Below, in pieces: positions 1-7,715 of a DNA stretch of 57,298 nucleotides. Below the pieces are notes generated by a model, which was not told the DNA's origin, did no database searches, and worked only from the letters and a program-made list of their open reading frames with translations. Source of the DNA: Parcubacteria group bacterium. GTDB lineage: Bacteria; Patescibacteriota; Minisyncoccia; Phycocordibacterales; Phycocordibacteraceae. The DNA lies in contig JAQBQR010000020.1 in the NCBI GenBank assembly GCA_028286945.1, positions 1 to 57,298 on the forward strand, written 5' to 3'. Numbering within the stretch: position 1 is the stretch's first letter; each line of letters opens with the position of its first letter. A program made the position numbers and the translations under genes.

Positions 1-859
1 CATAAAAATACAGTGCTTGGAGTTTTTTGGTCATCTCTCCCATCGTTCCATCCCCAACCCTTCGTTTATCAATCTCCACAACAGGCGTTAAAAATGCTGA
101 AGTTCCGCAGGCAAATACTTCATCAGAAACATACAGCTCCGTTAGATCGATACTTCTCTCAACCGTTTTAATACCTAAGTCTTCCGCAAGTTTGAGAATA
201 GTGGCGCGGCTGATGCCCTCTAAAATGTCGCTCGACTGTCCGGGCGTGTGCAGAACGCCATCACGTACTAAAAAGATATTTGCTGCAGAGAGCTCGCAGA
301 CATGACCGGACACATCCAGAAACACACAGTCGTCATACCCGCTATCAAGCGCATCCTGACGTGCCAAAACAGAGTTCACATACGCACCGTTAACTTTTGC
401 GCGTGATGGGATGGCGTAGTCGGGAATGCGTCGCCATACGCTCGTCTTCAAGCGCGCACCGTCTTTGGGTAAAATGCATGCTGCTTCATATACAAAAATA
501 CTGAGCACCGTACCGAGTCCGCGTGAGCGCACTCCAGGCACAAGATCACTGACATGGATTGTTACGCGCACAAAGACATCTTCGTTAACGTTATTTGCTG
601 ACATCAAATCCTTTGCGGCAGACAGAAGCTGCTCATCCGTAACTTCCGCATCAATGCCGATGATGCGCGCAGAGTTCGTGAGGCGTCGTGCATGCTCTTT
701 TAATCGAAAAGCATAGAGACCATTCTCTCCCTTGCAAACAGGAAAGACCGTGTACACACTCAGACCGTATAAAACAGCAGAACTGGCGATGCTCACATTC
801 GCTTCTGAAAGCGGGACAATCTTTCCATCAAAATACGCTTGTTCGTATATTCGAGCCAT
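1..859 (-). CDS. ilvE: Fold-type IV aminotransferase (branched-chain amino acid aminotransferase-like; a D-amino-acid aminotransferase is not excluded). The 3-prime end runs off the left edge.
   Basis: Absent from the ORF track because it has no stop codon inside the window. The reverse complement from the ATG at 859-857 is open to position 2. It reads MARIYEQAYFDGKIVPLSEANVSIASSAVLYGLSVY...ELSAANIFLVRDGVLHTPGQSSDILEGISRATILKLAEDLGIKTVERSIDLTELYVSDEVFACGTSAFLTPVVEID, the class IV aminotransferase core. The three plus-strand ORFs listed here are its antisense shadows. Confidence 0.8.
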   Translation of the reverse strand, partial: MARIYEQAYFDGKIVPLSEANVSIASSAVLYGLSVYTVFPVCKGENGLYAFRLKEHARRLTNSARIIGIDAEVTDEQLLSAAKDLMSANNVNEDVFVRVTIHVSDLVPGVRSRGLGTVLSIFVYEAACILPKDGARLKTSVWRRIPDYAIPSRAKVNGAYVNSVLARQDALDSGYDDCVFLDVSGHVCELSAANIFLVRDGVLHTPGQSSDILEGISRATILKLAEDLGIKTVERSIDLTELYVSDEVFACGTSAFLTPVVEIDKRRVGDGTMGEMTKKLQALYFY

Positions 860-975
860 ATTGAAGAAGTGTAGCATTCTCGCCCAACGTCCTATCCGAG
901 TCTCGACGTTGAAAAGTTCGCTCATTTCCTATACTATTTTGCTTGAGGGTTCGCCCTCTTTGTTTTTAACCAGTA

Positions 976-1048
976 GCACCTATAGCTCAGCTGGTAGAGC
1001 AACTGCCTCTTAAGCAGTGGGTCCCAGGTTCGAGCCCTGGTGGGTGCA
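976..1048 (+). tRNA. tRNA-Lys (anticodon CUU)
   Basis: Hand-folded cloverleaf. Acceptor gcaccta/tgggtgc, D arm gctc-agctggt-agagc, anticodon stem actgc/gcagt with loop cTCTTaa, T arm ccagg-ttcgagc-cctgg. Confidence 0.9.
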
Positions 1049-1058
1049 CAAAATCAAG

Positions 1059-1087
1059 AGGAAAGCCGCACTACGTGCGGCTTTCCT
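1059..1087 (+). terminator. Hairpin between tRNA-Lys and tRNA-Leu
   Basis: aggaaagccgcac-tac-gtgcggctttcct (13-bp stem), followed by a T-rich tract cgtttcccttttt. Confidence 0.5.
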
Positions 1088-1119
1088 CGTTTCCCTTTTT
1101 CCGTTATGCTATGCAGAGC

Positions 1120-1200
1120 GCTGGAGTGGCGAAATGGTATACGCGCCTGCCTTAGGAGCAGGTGGGGCAACCCGTGGAGGTTCGAGTCCTCTCTCCAGCA
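1120..1200 (+). tRNA. tRNA-Leu (anticodon UAG), class II with a long variable arm
   Basis: Acceptor gctggag/ctccagc, anticodon stem cctgc/gcagg with loop ctTAGga, variable arm tggggcaacccgt, T arm ggagg-ttcgagt-cctct. Confidence 0.88.
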
Positions 1201-1252
1201 CACTATTGACTTTTGTGCAATTTTACTACATACTATAGATTGTGATTTGATC

Positions 1253-1270
1253 GTTGACAATTCAGTCAAC
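1253..1270. promoter_or_regulatory. Perfect palindrome GTTGAC-AATTCA-GTCAAC upstream of the SPFH-like gene (operator-like)
   Basis: Seen directly. It lies 20 nt upstream of the GTG start at 1291. Its 11-mer GTTGACTGAAT (reverse complement of 1260-1270) recurs at 3326-3336, just after the operon stop. Confidence 0.4.
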
Positions 1271-1290
1271 AAACCCAAAGGAGAGCCATC

Positions 1291-2538
1291 GTGGCTAACA
1301 TTATCGCAATCGCCTTAGTAGCCGCACCAGTTGCGGTGAGCGGCCTCTCGGCCGGCTTCCTGTACTGGCTGGCAAAGGGCAAGATATTCGTAACCGCCCC
1401 TAAGGAGGGGACGGTTGAAGCGGTCATGCGCAATAATGGATTTGATCATCTGATCATGCTCTATGACGGCCATCACCTGAACACACCGGGCAAACCCTGG
1501 TTCGACGAAGATCAACCGAAGGGCGAAGTTCTCGCGGACGATCCGGAGGTGAACTACGATGACCGCAACTTCTTTATGAAGTGGCTCAATATCTACTACG
1601 TCGGTCTGCCGCCCATTTTCACTGTCCATTCGTACTTTTTCAGATGGGTGGAAATGAAAGGAACGGAGCCCTGCAAACGGGCAGAAACAAGCCGCTTCAC
1701 GCGAGTCGTTTCTACTTCGTACGTCATCGAGATCAAGGGCGCGAAGAGCAAGGAGGGTATCCCCCTCCTACTCAGGGTCCTCGTCACGCTACGCATCGTA
1801 AACCCTTACCGGGCGTGGTTTGGCACCACGGACTGGCTGGAGACTATCACCGGGGCAATTACCTCGGGCGGGCGAAACTTCACCGGTTCGAAGTCCTATG
1901 CAGATCTCACCTCTGAGTCGACCCTGCCGGATGGTACGATCGACAAAACCGGTGCTGATCTGCTGTGCACGACGATCCTGTCTCTCAACACCATCCTCAC
2001 CGATGGGACTGCGGGAATTCATGAACGATACGGTGTCGAACTGGATATGATTAACATCCAGGAAATGGACATCGATGCACCGCCGGAGGAAAAAGCTAAG
2101 CTCCTGAAGGATACGCTTGCTCGGTACAACGCCGACAACGTCGCCTACACTACCAGGGTTGAGGGTGAAGCACAGGCCGACGCTACCCTCGCAAAGGGGA
2201 CAGCGGACGCTAAGGTCATCGTACTCGATGGTATGGCGAAAGCCGGTGCCATCAAGGCGAAGGGCTTGGCTCGCGCTGAAGTCCTCCGTGCTCAGCTCGC
2301 TGAGTGGAACAATGGGGGCCAACTTAATGCCCTCGTTGCTCAGACGAAGGCAATGGAAGCTGGCAAGGGCGATCGCACTATCTTGTGGGCGCAAAACCCC
2401 TGGGTGCAGGCGGTTCCTGGACTAGCTACGGTGCTTAACAGTCTGGGCGTTAAAACCGCCAATGAACTGGAAGCGGCCCTGGAGACAAATAAACCTGAAG
2501 AGACTACGGCACCTGAACCTACGGAGGAAACAGCATGA
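1291..2538 (+). CDS. SPFH/band-7 (stomatin/flotillin/HflK-like) membrane protein
   Basis: The GTG start is 5 nt after AAAGGAGAG. An N-terminal TM helix is followed by a core (IKGAKSKEGIPLLLRVLVTLRIVNPYRAW...). A C-terminal Ala/Lys/Glu-rich helical region follows (EGEAQADATLAKGTADAKVIVLDGMAKAGAIKAKGLARAEVLRAQLAEW). This matches SPFH architecture, but the family call is by eye only. Visibly GC-richer than neighbours (36/60 G+C at 2221-2280). Confidence 0.55.
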   Translation: MANIIAIALVAAPVAVSGLSAGFLYWLAKGKIFVTAPKEGTVEAVMRNNGFDHLIMLYDGHHLNTPGKPWFDEDQPKGEVLADDPEVNYDDRNFFMKWLNIYYVGLPPIFTVHSYFFRWVEMKGTEPCKRAETSRFTRVVSTSYVIEIKGAKSKEGIPLLLRVLVTLRIVNPYRAWFGTTDWLETITGAITSGGRNFTGSKSYADLTSESTLPDGTIDKTGADLLCTTILSLNTILTDGTAGIHERYGVELDMINIQEMDIDAPPEEKAKLLKDTLARYNADNVAYTTRVEGEAQADATLAKGTADAKVIVLDGMAKAGAIKAKGLARAEVLRAQLAEWNNGGQLNALVAQTKAMEAGKGDRTILWAQNPWVQAVPGLATVLNSLGVKTANELEAALETNKPEETTAPEPTEETA

Positions 2539-3320
2539 AATATTCTCGAAGTGTTGGGAGGATCACCCTTGCGGTGATCCTCCTCGCAGTGGTAGGTGTG
2601 CTGTTGTACGCCTACCCAACCTACTGCCTTTGGCTGGTCGTGTTGGTGATTGCGGCTTTCGCCGGGTACCTGACATGGCAACGCCTGACTGCAGGTGCAA
2701 CTGAAACAACGGATTCGGACGACAAAACCAGTCGTCCACCCAAGCTAACGGTCGTCCCCAAAAAGGACGCTCATGGAAGTGGTCTCAGTATCATTGCCAT
2801 TATCGCCATTTCCATTGGCAGTTGCTTGGTCATCCTGGCACTGGGCTGGTTTTTCCTGTATGGGGCTGGAAGCATCCCCCTATTTGGAGACCCGGGCACC
2901 GTGCACCACGTCAAGGTTCACGCATCGGCGAGAGCTTCGACACATGGGGGACGCTCACGCGTTTCCCTGGCCGAGGCTCGGGCTAAGGCGAAAACTGCAG
3001 CACTGGCCGAGCGTACCCGCATCTTGAAGCTCAAGATCGCGGTCGACTTCGACTACGACCACCCGCCGAAATGGACGCAGAATCCATACGGCGAATACGT
3101 TCTGCACTACAAGCTGGTTGTGGGGAAACGGCTTTTCATCCAATGCTCAGCATCGGACGACGAGCCTGATTTCCATGCGAAAGCCGATGACCTGGGCTAC
3201 TTCTGCTCGCCTGAGATGGCGACGGGAGCGAACTCGGGAAACTGGTTCCGCCCACTCGCCTATTCCAAGGAAGAAGGCAAAGAGCAGGTCATCATCTGGT
3301 TTACGCCGAAGGCCGTGTAA
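2535..3320 (+). CDS. Hypothetical membrane protein, translationally coupled to the SPFH-like gene
   Basis: ATGA start/stop overlap with the upstream gene, and GGAGGA lies 6 nt upstream. Two N-terminal TM helices, one central TM helix (LSIIAIIAISIGSCLVILALGWFFLY) and a C-terminal soluble domain. No recognisable motif. Confidence 0.6.
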   Translation: MKYSRSVGRITLAVILLAVVGVLLYAYPTYCLWLVVLVIAAFAGYLTWQRLTAGATETTDSDDKTSRPPKLTVVPKKDAHGSGLSIIAIIAISIGSCLVILALGWFFLYGAGSIPLFGDPGTVHHVKVHASARASTHGGRSRVSLAEARAKAKTAALAERTRILKLKIAVDFDYDHPPKWTQNPYGEYVLHYKLVVGKRLFIQCSASDDEPDFHAKADDLGYFCSPEMATGANSGNWFRPLAYSKEEGKEQVIIWFTPKAV

Positions 3321-3344
3321 TGGGCGTTGACTGAATGAATCGAA

Positions 3345-3376
3345 CTCCGCGCTGGCAACGGCGCGGGGTTTTTTTA
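3345..3376 (+). terminator. Intrinsic terminator of the SPFH two-gene module
   Basis: ctccgcgc-tggcaacg-gcgcgggg followed by ttttttt. Confidence 0.7.
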
Positions 3377-3380
3377 TATA

Positions 3381-3629
3381 CTACTGCGTTGAATCAATAA
3401 CCTTCTGCAAAATCGATACGATGGTCCGAGCACCAAAAAGTATCACCAGACCAATGAGTCCGTATATAATGTGTCGCTGTCCGATCTTACGCTTCTCATC
3501 GTTATCAGCTCCACGGATAAATTCAACCACGCCATAGGCAAAGAGAATAAAGGCAGCAAGTGCCAGCACGGTAATGAGCGGATTGATAATCTGCGTCTGG
3601 ACCGTGGTGATGAAGGTATCGAATGTCAT
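3381..3629 (-). CDS. Small pilin-like membrane protein (TrbC/VirB2-like T4SS-pilin family common in Patescibacteria), paralogue 1 of 5
   Basis: Start trimmed to the ATG at 3629 (MTFDTFITTVQ...), because the longer ORF would run into the upstream hairpin terminator. Shares the array core: LITVLALAAFILFAYGVVEFIRGADNDEKRKIGQRHIIYGLIGLVILFG. Confidence 0.6.
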   Translation of the reverse strand: MTFDTFITTVQTQIINPLITVLALAAFILFAYGVVEFIRGADNDEKRKIGQRHIIYGLIGLVILFGARTIVSILQKVIDSTQ

Positions 3630-3644
3630 TGAGGTAATAATAGC

Positions 3645-3673
3645 AGAAGGCCGCGGCAAAGCCGCGGCCTTCT
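3645..3673 (-). terminator. Hairpin after pilin-like paralogue 2
   Basis: agaaggccgcggc-aaa-gccgcggccttct, a 13-bp GC-rich stem. Confidence 0.55.
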
Positions 3674-3692
3674 GGTGGAGAATATTTGAATC

Positions 3693-4085
3693 CTAGTTCG
3701 ACGTCTGAACGTTCACGTTGTTTGCGTGAGGAAGGCCACTACCCTGTGTTGGGACATTATTGTTGAGTGAAACAGATCCGGTAAGGATGTGGACGAGACC
3801 CCAAACAGATACCATGGCAAAGAAGCCGATAATACCGTAGATCATGACATCCTTACCCTTATCACGCTTCTCTTGGTTAGAAGCACCAGCGATGAAGTAA
3901 ATGAATACTCCGATGATGAAGGTGATGAATGCAAGAGCGAAGACAAGAGGAACAGCAACATTGTTAATAAAGTCGATAATAAACTTTGAAAGGTCCTGAA
4001 CGCTGTTAACCTGCTGCGTAGCGGACTGCGCGAAGGCGAATGCGGGGAGGAAGAACGAGAGGCCAGCGAGGGCAAACTTTTTCAT
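3693..4085 (-). CDS. Pilin-like small membrane protein, paralogue 2 (signal peptide present)
   Basis: MKKFALAGLSFFLPAFAFAQS signal peptide. Core FINNVAVPLVFALAFITFIIGVFIYFIAGASNQEKRDKGKDVMIYGIIGFFAMVSVWGLVHIL. Confidence 0.7.
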   Translation of the reverse strand: MKKFALAGLSFFLPAFAFAQSATQQVNSVQDLSKFIIDFINNVAVPLVFALAFITFIIGVFIYFIAGASNQEKRDKGKDVMIYGIIGFFAMVSVWGLVHILTGSVSLNNNVPTQGSGLPHANNVNVQTSN

Positions 4086-4197
4086 ACGGGTGATTAGGAT
4101 TCAATAAGTGGTACTAGTAAAGCATAAACCGGAATGGGGACGAGTCAACGCAAATGGCGAAAATGTGTGGACAGTCCATTTTGGCCACTTCTCTTCC

Positions 4198-4668
4198 CTA
4201 TGGCTTAACGGTGCCACCCGCCTTCTTACAATCGTCTGCGCTGGTCGGAACTGGGCTTCCGGATGACAAGATACACATAACGGGGGTTGAGCCATCAGGG
4301 ACGAAGTTTAGGCCATTTAGACCTGATCCGTTTGGTGTTGTGGCTGTTGAACCTGTTCCGGTGGAGTTTGAACAATTACTCGTATCGTTAAACGTAGGCA
4401 AACAAGGACGGTTGTTATTACTAAATCCGAACGTTCCCACCACCAAGTTGATAATTCCCCATACGGACATCATTACGGCAAATCCAATAACAGAATAAAT
4501 AATGATGTCTTTACCCTTTTTTCTTTTCTCTTCGTTATCAGCTCCCGCGATGAGGTATCGGAAAACACCGAAGACAAAGAAGAAGAACGCAAGCGCGAAG
4601 ATAACCGGCACCGCGATGTTATTGATAAAGTTAATTATCCCATTGGCAAGATTCGTGATCTGGGTCAT
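4198..4668 (-). CDS. Pilin-like small membrane protein, paralogue 3, with a Cys/Ser/Thr/Asn-rich C-terminal extension
   Basis: Core FINNIAVPVIFALAFFFFVFGVFRYLIAGADNEEKRKKGKDIIIYSVIGFAVMMSVWGIINLV. This is followed by a ~75-aa tail with 4 Cys and NxS/T-rich sequence. Confidence 0.7.
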   Translation of the reverse strand: MTQITNLANGIINFINNIAVPVIFALAFFFFVFGVFRYLIAGADNEEKRKKGKDIIIYSVIGFAVMMSVWGIINLVVGTFGFSNNNRPCLPTFNDTSNCSNSTGTGSTATTPNGSGLNGLNFVPDGSTPVMCILSSGSPVPTSADDCKKAGGTVKP

Positions 4669-4686
4669 ATGAAAAGTATAACGTGG

Positions 4687-5013
4687 TTAGGTATTAAAAC
4701 TGGTCAGCACGTTGAGTAACACGTGCACAATCCCCCATACGGCAAAAAGTGCCACGAGCCCAACGATGCTCCATATGGCGAATTGCTTTCCCTTTTGTCT
4801 CGTCTCTTCATTATCTGAGAAAAAGAATCGCACCATACCAACAAGAAAAAGTAGAAACGCGACGGCGTACAGAACTTTAATGATCAAGTTTCCTAACGGC
4901 ACAATTTGATTATCAACCATCTCTTGAAGACTTTTTGCATGCGTAGCTAAAGGCAGAAGGAGTATTCCGCAAGCGCTACCTAAATGGTATGAATATTTCT
5001 TCAGCTGGATCAT
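4687..5013 (-). CDS. Pilin-like small membrane protein, paralogue 4
   Basis: Signal-like N-terminus. Core LIIKVLYAVAFLLFLVGMVRFFFSDNEETRQKGKQFAIWSIVGLVALFAVWGIVHVL. Confidence 0.65.
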   Translation of the reverse strand: MIQLKKYSYHLGSACGILLLPLATHAKSLQEMVDNQIVPLGNLIIKVLYAVAFLLFLVGMVRFFFSDNEETRQKGKQFAIWSIVGLVALFAVWGIVHVLLNVLTSFNT

Positions 5014-5501
5014 GACGGTGTTAGAGCCGTAACGGTTGATTGGATAACCGTACTTATTGCAGTCGCTCCCAGGATAATAAGGCCTCCAATGATCGTGTAC
5101 ATGAGGGTCGTGCGAGCTTTGCTGATTTTCTCTTCATTTCCGCGCGCTGATACAAAGAGGAAGCCAGTGTATATAAGCGCCAGAGTCAAAAGAATGGTGC
5201 CAAGTTTAATAGCCGCTACAAGAACGGCATTAAGCAAATCTGGAAGTGACTTGAATTTAAGCGGGTTTACCAAACCAACACTATCTTCTGTATTTAATGC
5301 GGGAGGCTCGCCTGCAGACGTAACGGGTGTACCAGTAACCGGGGCGGGTGATGAAGTAATGGGGGTGCCTGTTACGGGCGCAGAGGCTGGTTGCGCGAAC
5401 GAAGTTGTAGGCATCGCAAAGGCAAATGCAATGAGCGCGGAAAAAACCGCAACCGTTACGTAGCTTCCGAGTACTTTCCGTATTGAATTAGATTGCAGCA
5501 T
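5010..5501 (-). CDS. Pilin-like membrane protein, paralogue 5, with a Pro/Thr-repeat linker
   Basis: Start set at the ATG at 5501 (MLQSNSIRKV...). The track start at 5543 would overlap the upstream gene by 56 nt. Contains the PVTGTPITSSPAPVTGTPVTS repeat, then the core LNAVLVAAIKLGTILLTLALIYTGFLFVSARGNEEKISKARTTLMYTIIGGLIILG. Confidence 0.6.
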   Translation of the reverse strand: MLQSNSIRKVLGSYVTVAVFSALIAFAFAMPTTSFAQPASAPVTGTPITSSPAPVTGTPVTSAGEPPALNTEDSVGLVNPLKFKSLPDLLNAVLVAAIKLGTILLTLALIYTGFLFVSARGNEEKISKARTTLMYTIIGGLIILGATAISTVIQSTVTALTPS

Positions 5502-6786
5502 TGATTGCTTGGTTAGCGGCGTCGAGTGCCTGACCAATGGCACTACGTCCGCTCGTTATACTGCTAATCATAGTACTGAAGATGCGGTCTGTGGTTGCGG
5601 GTGATGGGGATAGCCATCCTTGGGCAATGAGTGCCTGAGGATAAAAGACCGGCGCGTAGCGGTCATTACTTGCAGGAGCGAGCGATGAACGGGTCGCTGG
5701 TGCCATGAAAAGGGCCTGTGACGTGGCAGGCCCCAGTGTAGGATCCGCAAGTGCAAAGGCGACGCTAACCGCTCCTGCAGCGTTCTTTGACGCCTTTGGC
5801 ACGGAGAACGCATATGCTTTTCCAAACGTTACTTTCTTTGTACTGGTCTGTGGCTGAGGTATTGCGGTCATATCAAAATCAAGGTTTGGATTTGCTGCCT
5901 TGAGTGCAGGAAGTTCTGACGCAAAGCCAGGATAGAAGACGAGCGAACCGGAAAGAAATGCTTGGCGCGCTGAAGGAATGGCTCGGTTCCAGGTGTATAC
6001 GGTGTGTATAGGATCAGCGAACTGAGTATAAAAACTAAGTGCAGACTGTGCGGGAGGCACTGCTCCGTTCGTCGCTCCCCCATCATCAAGATGCGCGTGC
6101 GCGCCCGTGGAATCCACGCCGGTTATGGGATTGCCAGCCTGAAGGAGCAGTAACGAAACTACGGCACGTGCATTCTCAACATTGTCATACACTCCAAATG
6201 GAATAGTGCTTTGAGAGACCGTGCCCGCAGATGACTTCGTTAGCTGTTCAGATAAGCTGGTGACCGCTTCCCAGGACGAAGGTGGCGACACAATACCTGC
6301 AGACGTAAGCGTAGTGCGGTTGTAATACAGAACAAGCGGGTCCACGGTGAACGGCACGCCATAGGTACCTGTTGAAGCTAGGAATAGTTCATCTATCGGA
6401 AGATATGTATTAAGGTACGTACGCTCAGAAATGGTTGAGAACGGAATTACTGAAAGCTTATCCTGCTCCGTTGCGAGTTCTTCTTGAGAGACGAGTATGA
6501 GGTCGGGGCCATTGCCTCCGGCAATGGCCTGCGCCAAATCAATATCAAAGGTGCTTTCTGACTTCTGTACATACGAAACTCCTGCGTACGTCTGACTTCC
6601 CGCCTGAAGTGCATTGATCACGTTCTGCATATTATTTTGCGGAAGGGTTCCCCAAATGGTGACGTTACCAATTTTCGCACTCGAGCTTCCGAATCCTCCA
6701 AAGTTTGAGAATAAGATAAGGCCAAGAACAATAAGGAACGCGAAAGTGCCGAGCAAAATAATTTGGAACGGTTTCATGGTCTTCAT
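5488..6786 (-). CDS. Extracellular solute-binding protein (ABC-transporter SBP family 1-like), membrane anchored
   Basis: N-terminal TM anchor. Size and sequence pattern (VTIWGTLPQ...GPDLILVSQEEL...YGVPFTVDPLVLYYN...FYPGF) are typical of sugar-type SBPs. No cognate permease or ATPase is adjacent. Confidence 0.65.
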   Translation of the reverse strand: MKTMKPFQIILLGTFAFLIVLGLILFSNFGGFGSSSAKIGNVTIWGTLPQNNMQNVINALQAGSQTYAGVSYVQKSESTFDIDLAQAIAGGNGPDLILVSQEELATEQDKLSVIPFSTISERTYLNTYLPIDELFLASTGTYGVPFTVDPLVLYYNRTTLTSAGIVSPPSSWEAVTSLSEQLTKSSAGTVSQSTIPFGVYDNVENARAVVSLLLLQAGNPITGVDSTGAHAHLDDGGATNGAVPPAQSALSFYTQFADPIHTVYTWNRAIPSARQAFLSGSLVFYPGFASELPALKAANPNLDFDMTAIPQPQTSTKKVTFGKAYAFSVPKASKNAAGAVSVAFALADPTLGPATSQALFMAPATRSSLAPASNDRYAPVFYPQALIAQGWLSPSPATTDRIFSTMISSITSGRSAIGQALDAANQAINAAI

Positions 6787-6798
6787 AATGGTTCAGAA

Positions 6799-7335
6799 TT
6801 ACCGGTCAGGTGATGTAAAGACGATAGCATAATGATGCGCCCCTGCGCGGAAATCTTTCAGCTTATGAAAACCGCCAGTGATAAATAACTCTTCAGCTGC
6901 ATGTTCTGAAACCACGTGTGCCGGATTAGGACCCATACCGCCATACGCTCCAGCCCAATCCACCACCAACAAACGTCCTCCTGGTTTAAGGATACGCATA
7001 CACTCCGCAACTAAGGTTTCCTTATTCTCTACCTGAAAAAGCACGTTCGAAATAATCGCCGCATCAATAGCGTGGTCACGCAATTTCGTTCCCCCTTTAT
7101 TTTCAATATTTCCCCAGAGTATTTCTACATTCCTTAGTGCCAGCTTATGTGCTGAATCAAGCAAATGCTTTAGCACCTCTTCTTGAATATCAACGGCATA
7201 CACGCGACCATCATGTCCCACCGCTGCCGCTGCGGCCAGCGAGTAATGTCCGGTACCTGCACCAAGATCAGCAACCTTCATTCCCTCTCGCAATCCGAGC
7301 TGCAATACATTTCCTTTTGGGTCGGCAAAGTTCAT
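6799..7335 (-). CDS. Class I SAM-dependent methyltransferase
   Basis: Motif I VADLGAGTGHYS and post-I AVDIQ, plus LKPGGRLLVVDW. Confidence 0.8.
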   Translation of the reverse strand: MNFADPKGNVLQLGLREGMKVADLGAGTGHYSLAAAAAVGHDGRVYAVDIQEEVLKHLLDSAHKLALRNVEILWGNIENKGGTKLRDHAIDAAIISNVLFQVENKETLVAECMRILKPGGRLLVVDWAGAYGGMGPNPAHVVSEHAAEELFITGGFHKLKDFRAGAHHYAIVFTSPDR

Positions 7336-7352
7336 TAGTATAAAAATAGCAC

Positions 7353-7375
7353 GGGGCGGTCCGCTGGACCGCCCC
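7353..7375. terminator. GC-rich hairpin flanked by A/T runs on both sides (bidirectional terminator shape)
   Basis: ggggcggtcc-gct-ggaccgcccc with tttcaacattttttt on the plus side and ctattttta on the minus side. Confidence 0.6.
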
Positions 7376-7402
7376 TTTCAACATTTTTTTATGCGCTAAC
7401 TG

Positions 7403-7618
7403 TCAGCGTGCCATCATCAAAATTCTCAGCACGCCCACAATAAAGTCCCAAAAGCGCGAAAGACTGCTCTCAGGTGTCTTCTGATCTGCGTCCTTCAAGG
7501 GAGCGGCATAATAACCGATAATCTCCACACCCTTGCGATCTGCGAGAAACGCGTTCATCCCTCGCTTAAAAGAGCCTGGTCCTGTAATTCTGACCTCATG
7601 GTTCTTGGGCAGGCCCAT
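7403..7618 (-). CDS. Hypothetical small protein (71 aa) downstream of gyrA
   Basis: ORF only. The ATG at 7618 is preceded by AGGTG. No motif recognised. Confidence 0.35.
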   Translation of the reverse strand: MGLPKNHEVRITGPGSFKRGMNAFLADRKGVEIIGYYAAPLKDADQKTPESSLSRFWDFIVGVLRILMMAR

Positions 7619-7715
7619 CACCTGTTTCCTTCCATGTATTCACGAATGAGCAGGTATTTGTTGTACCACTGGAATTACGTGCGTGCAACGAACCCTTAAA
7701 AACTTGTTTGCAGAA

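Noticed and set aside
1017-1318. ORFs of 73-92 aa overlapping tRNA-Lys and tRNA-Leu. Likewise 30645-31007 and 30775-30978 overlap tRNA-Ser and tRNA-Glu, and 54432-54767 overlaps tRNA-Ser(GGA).
   Set aside because: They read straight through well-folded tRNA genes and hairpins.
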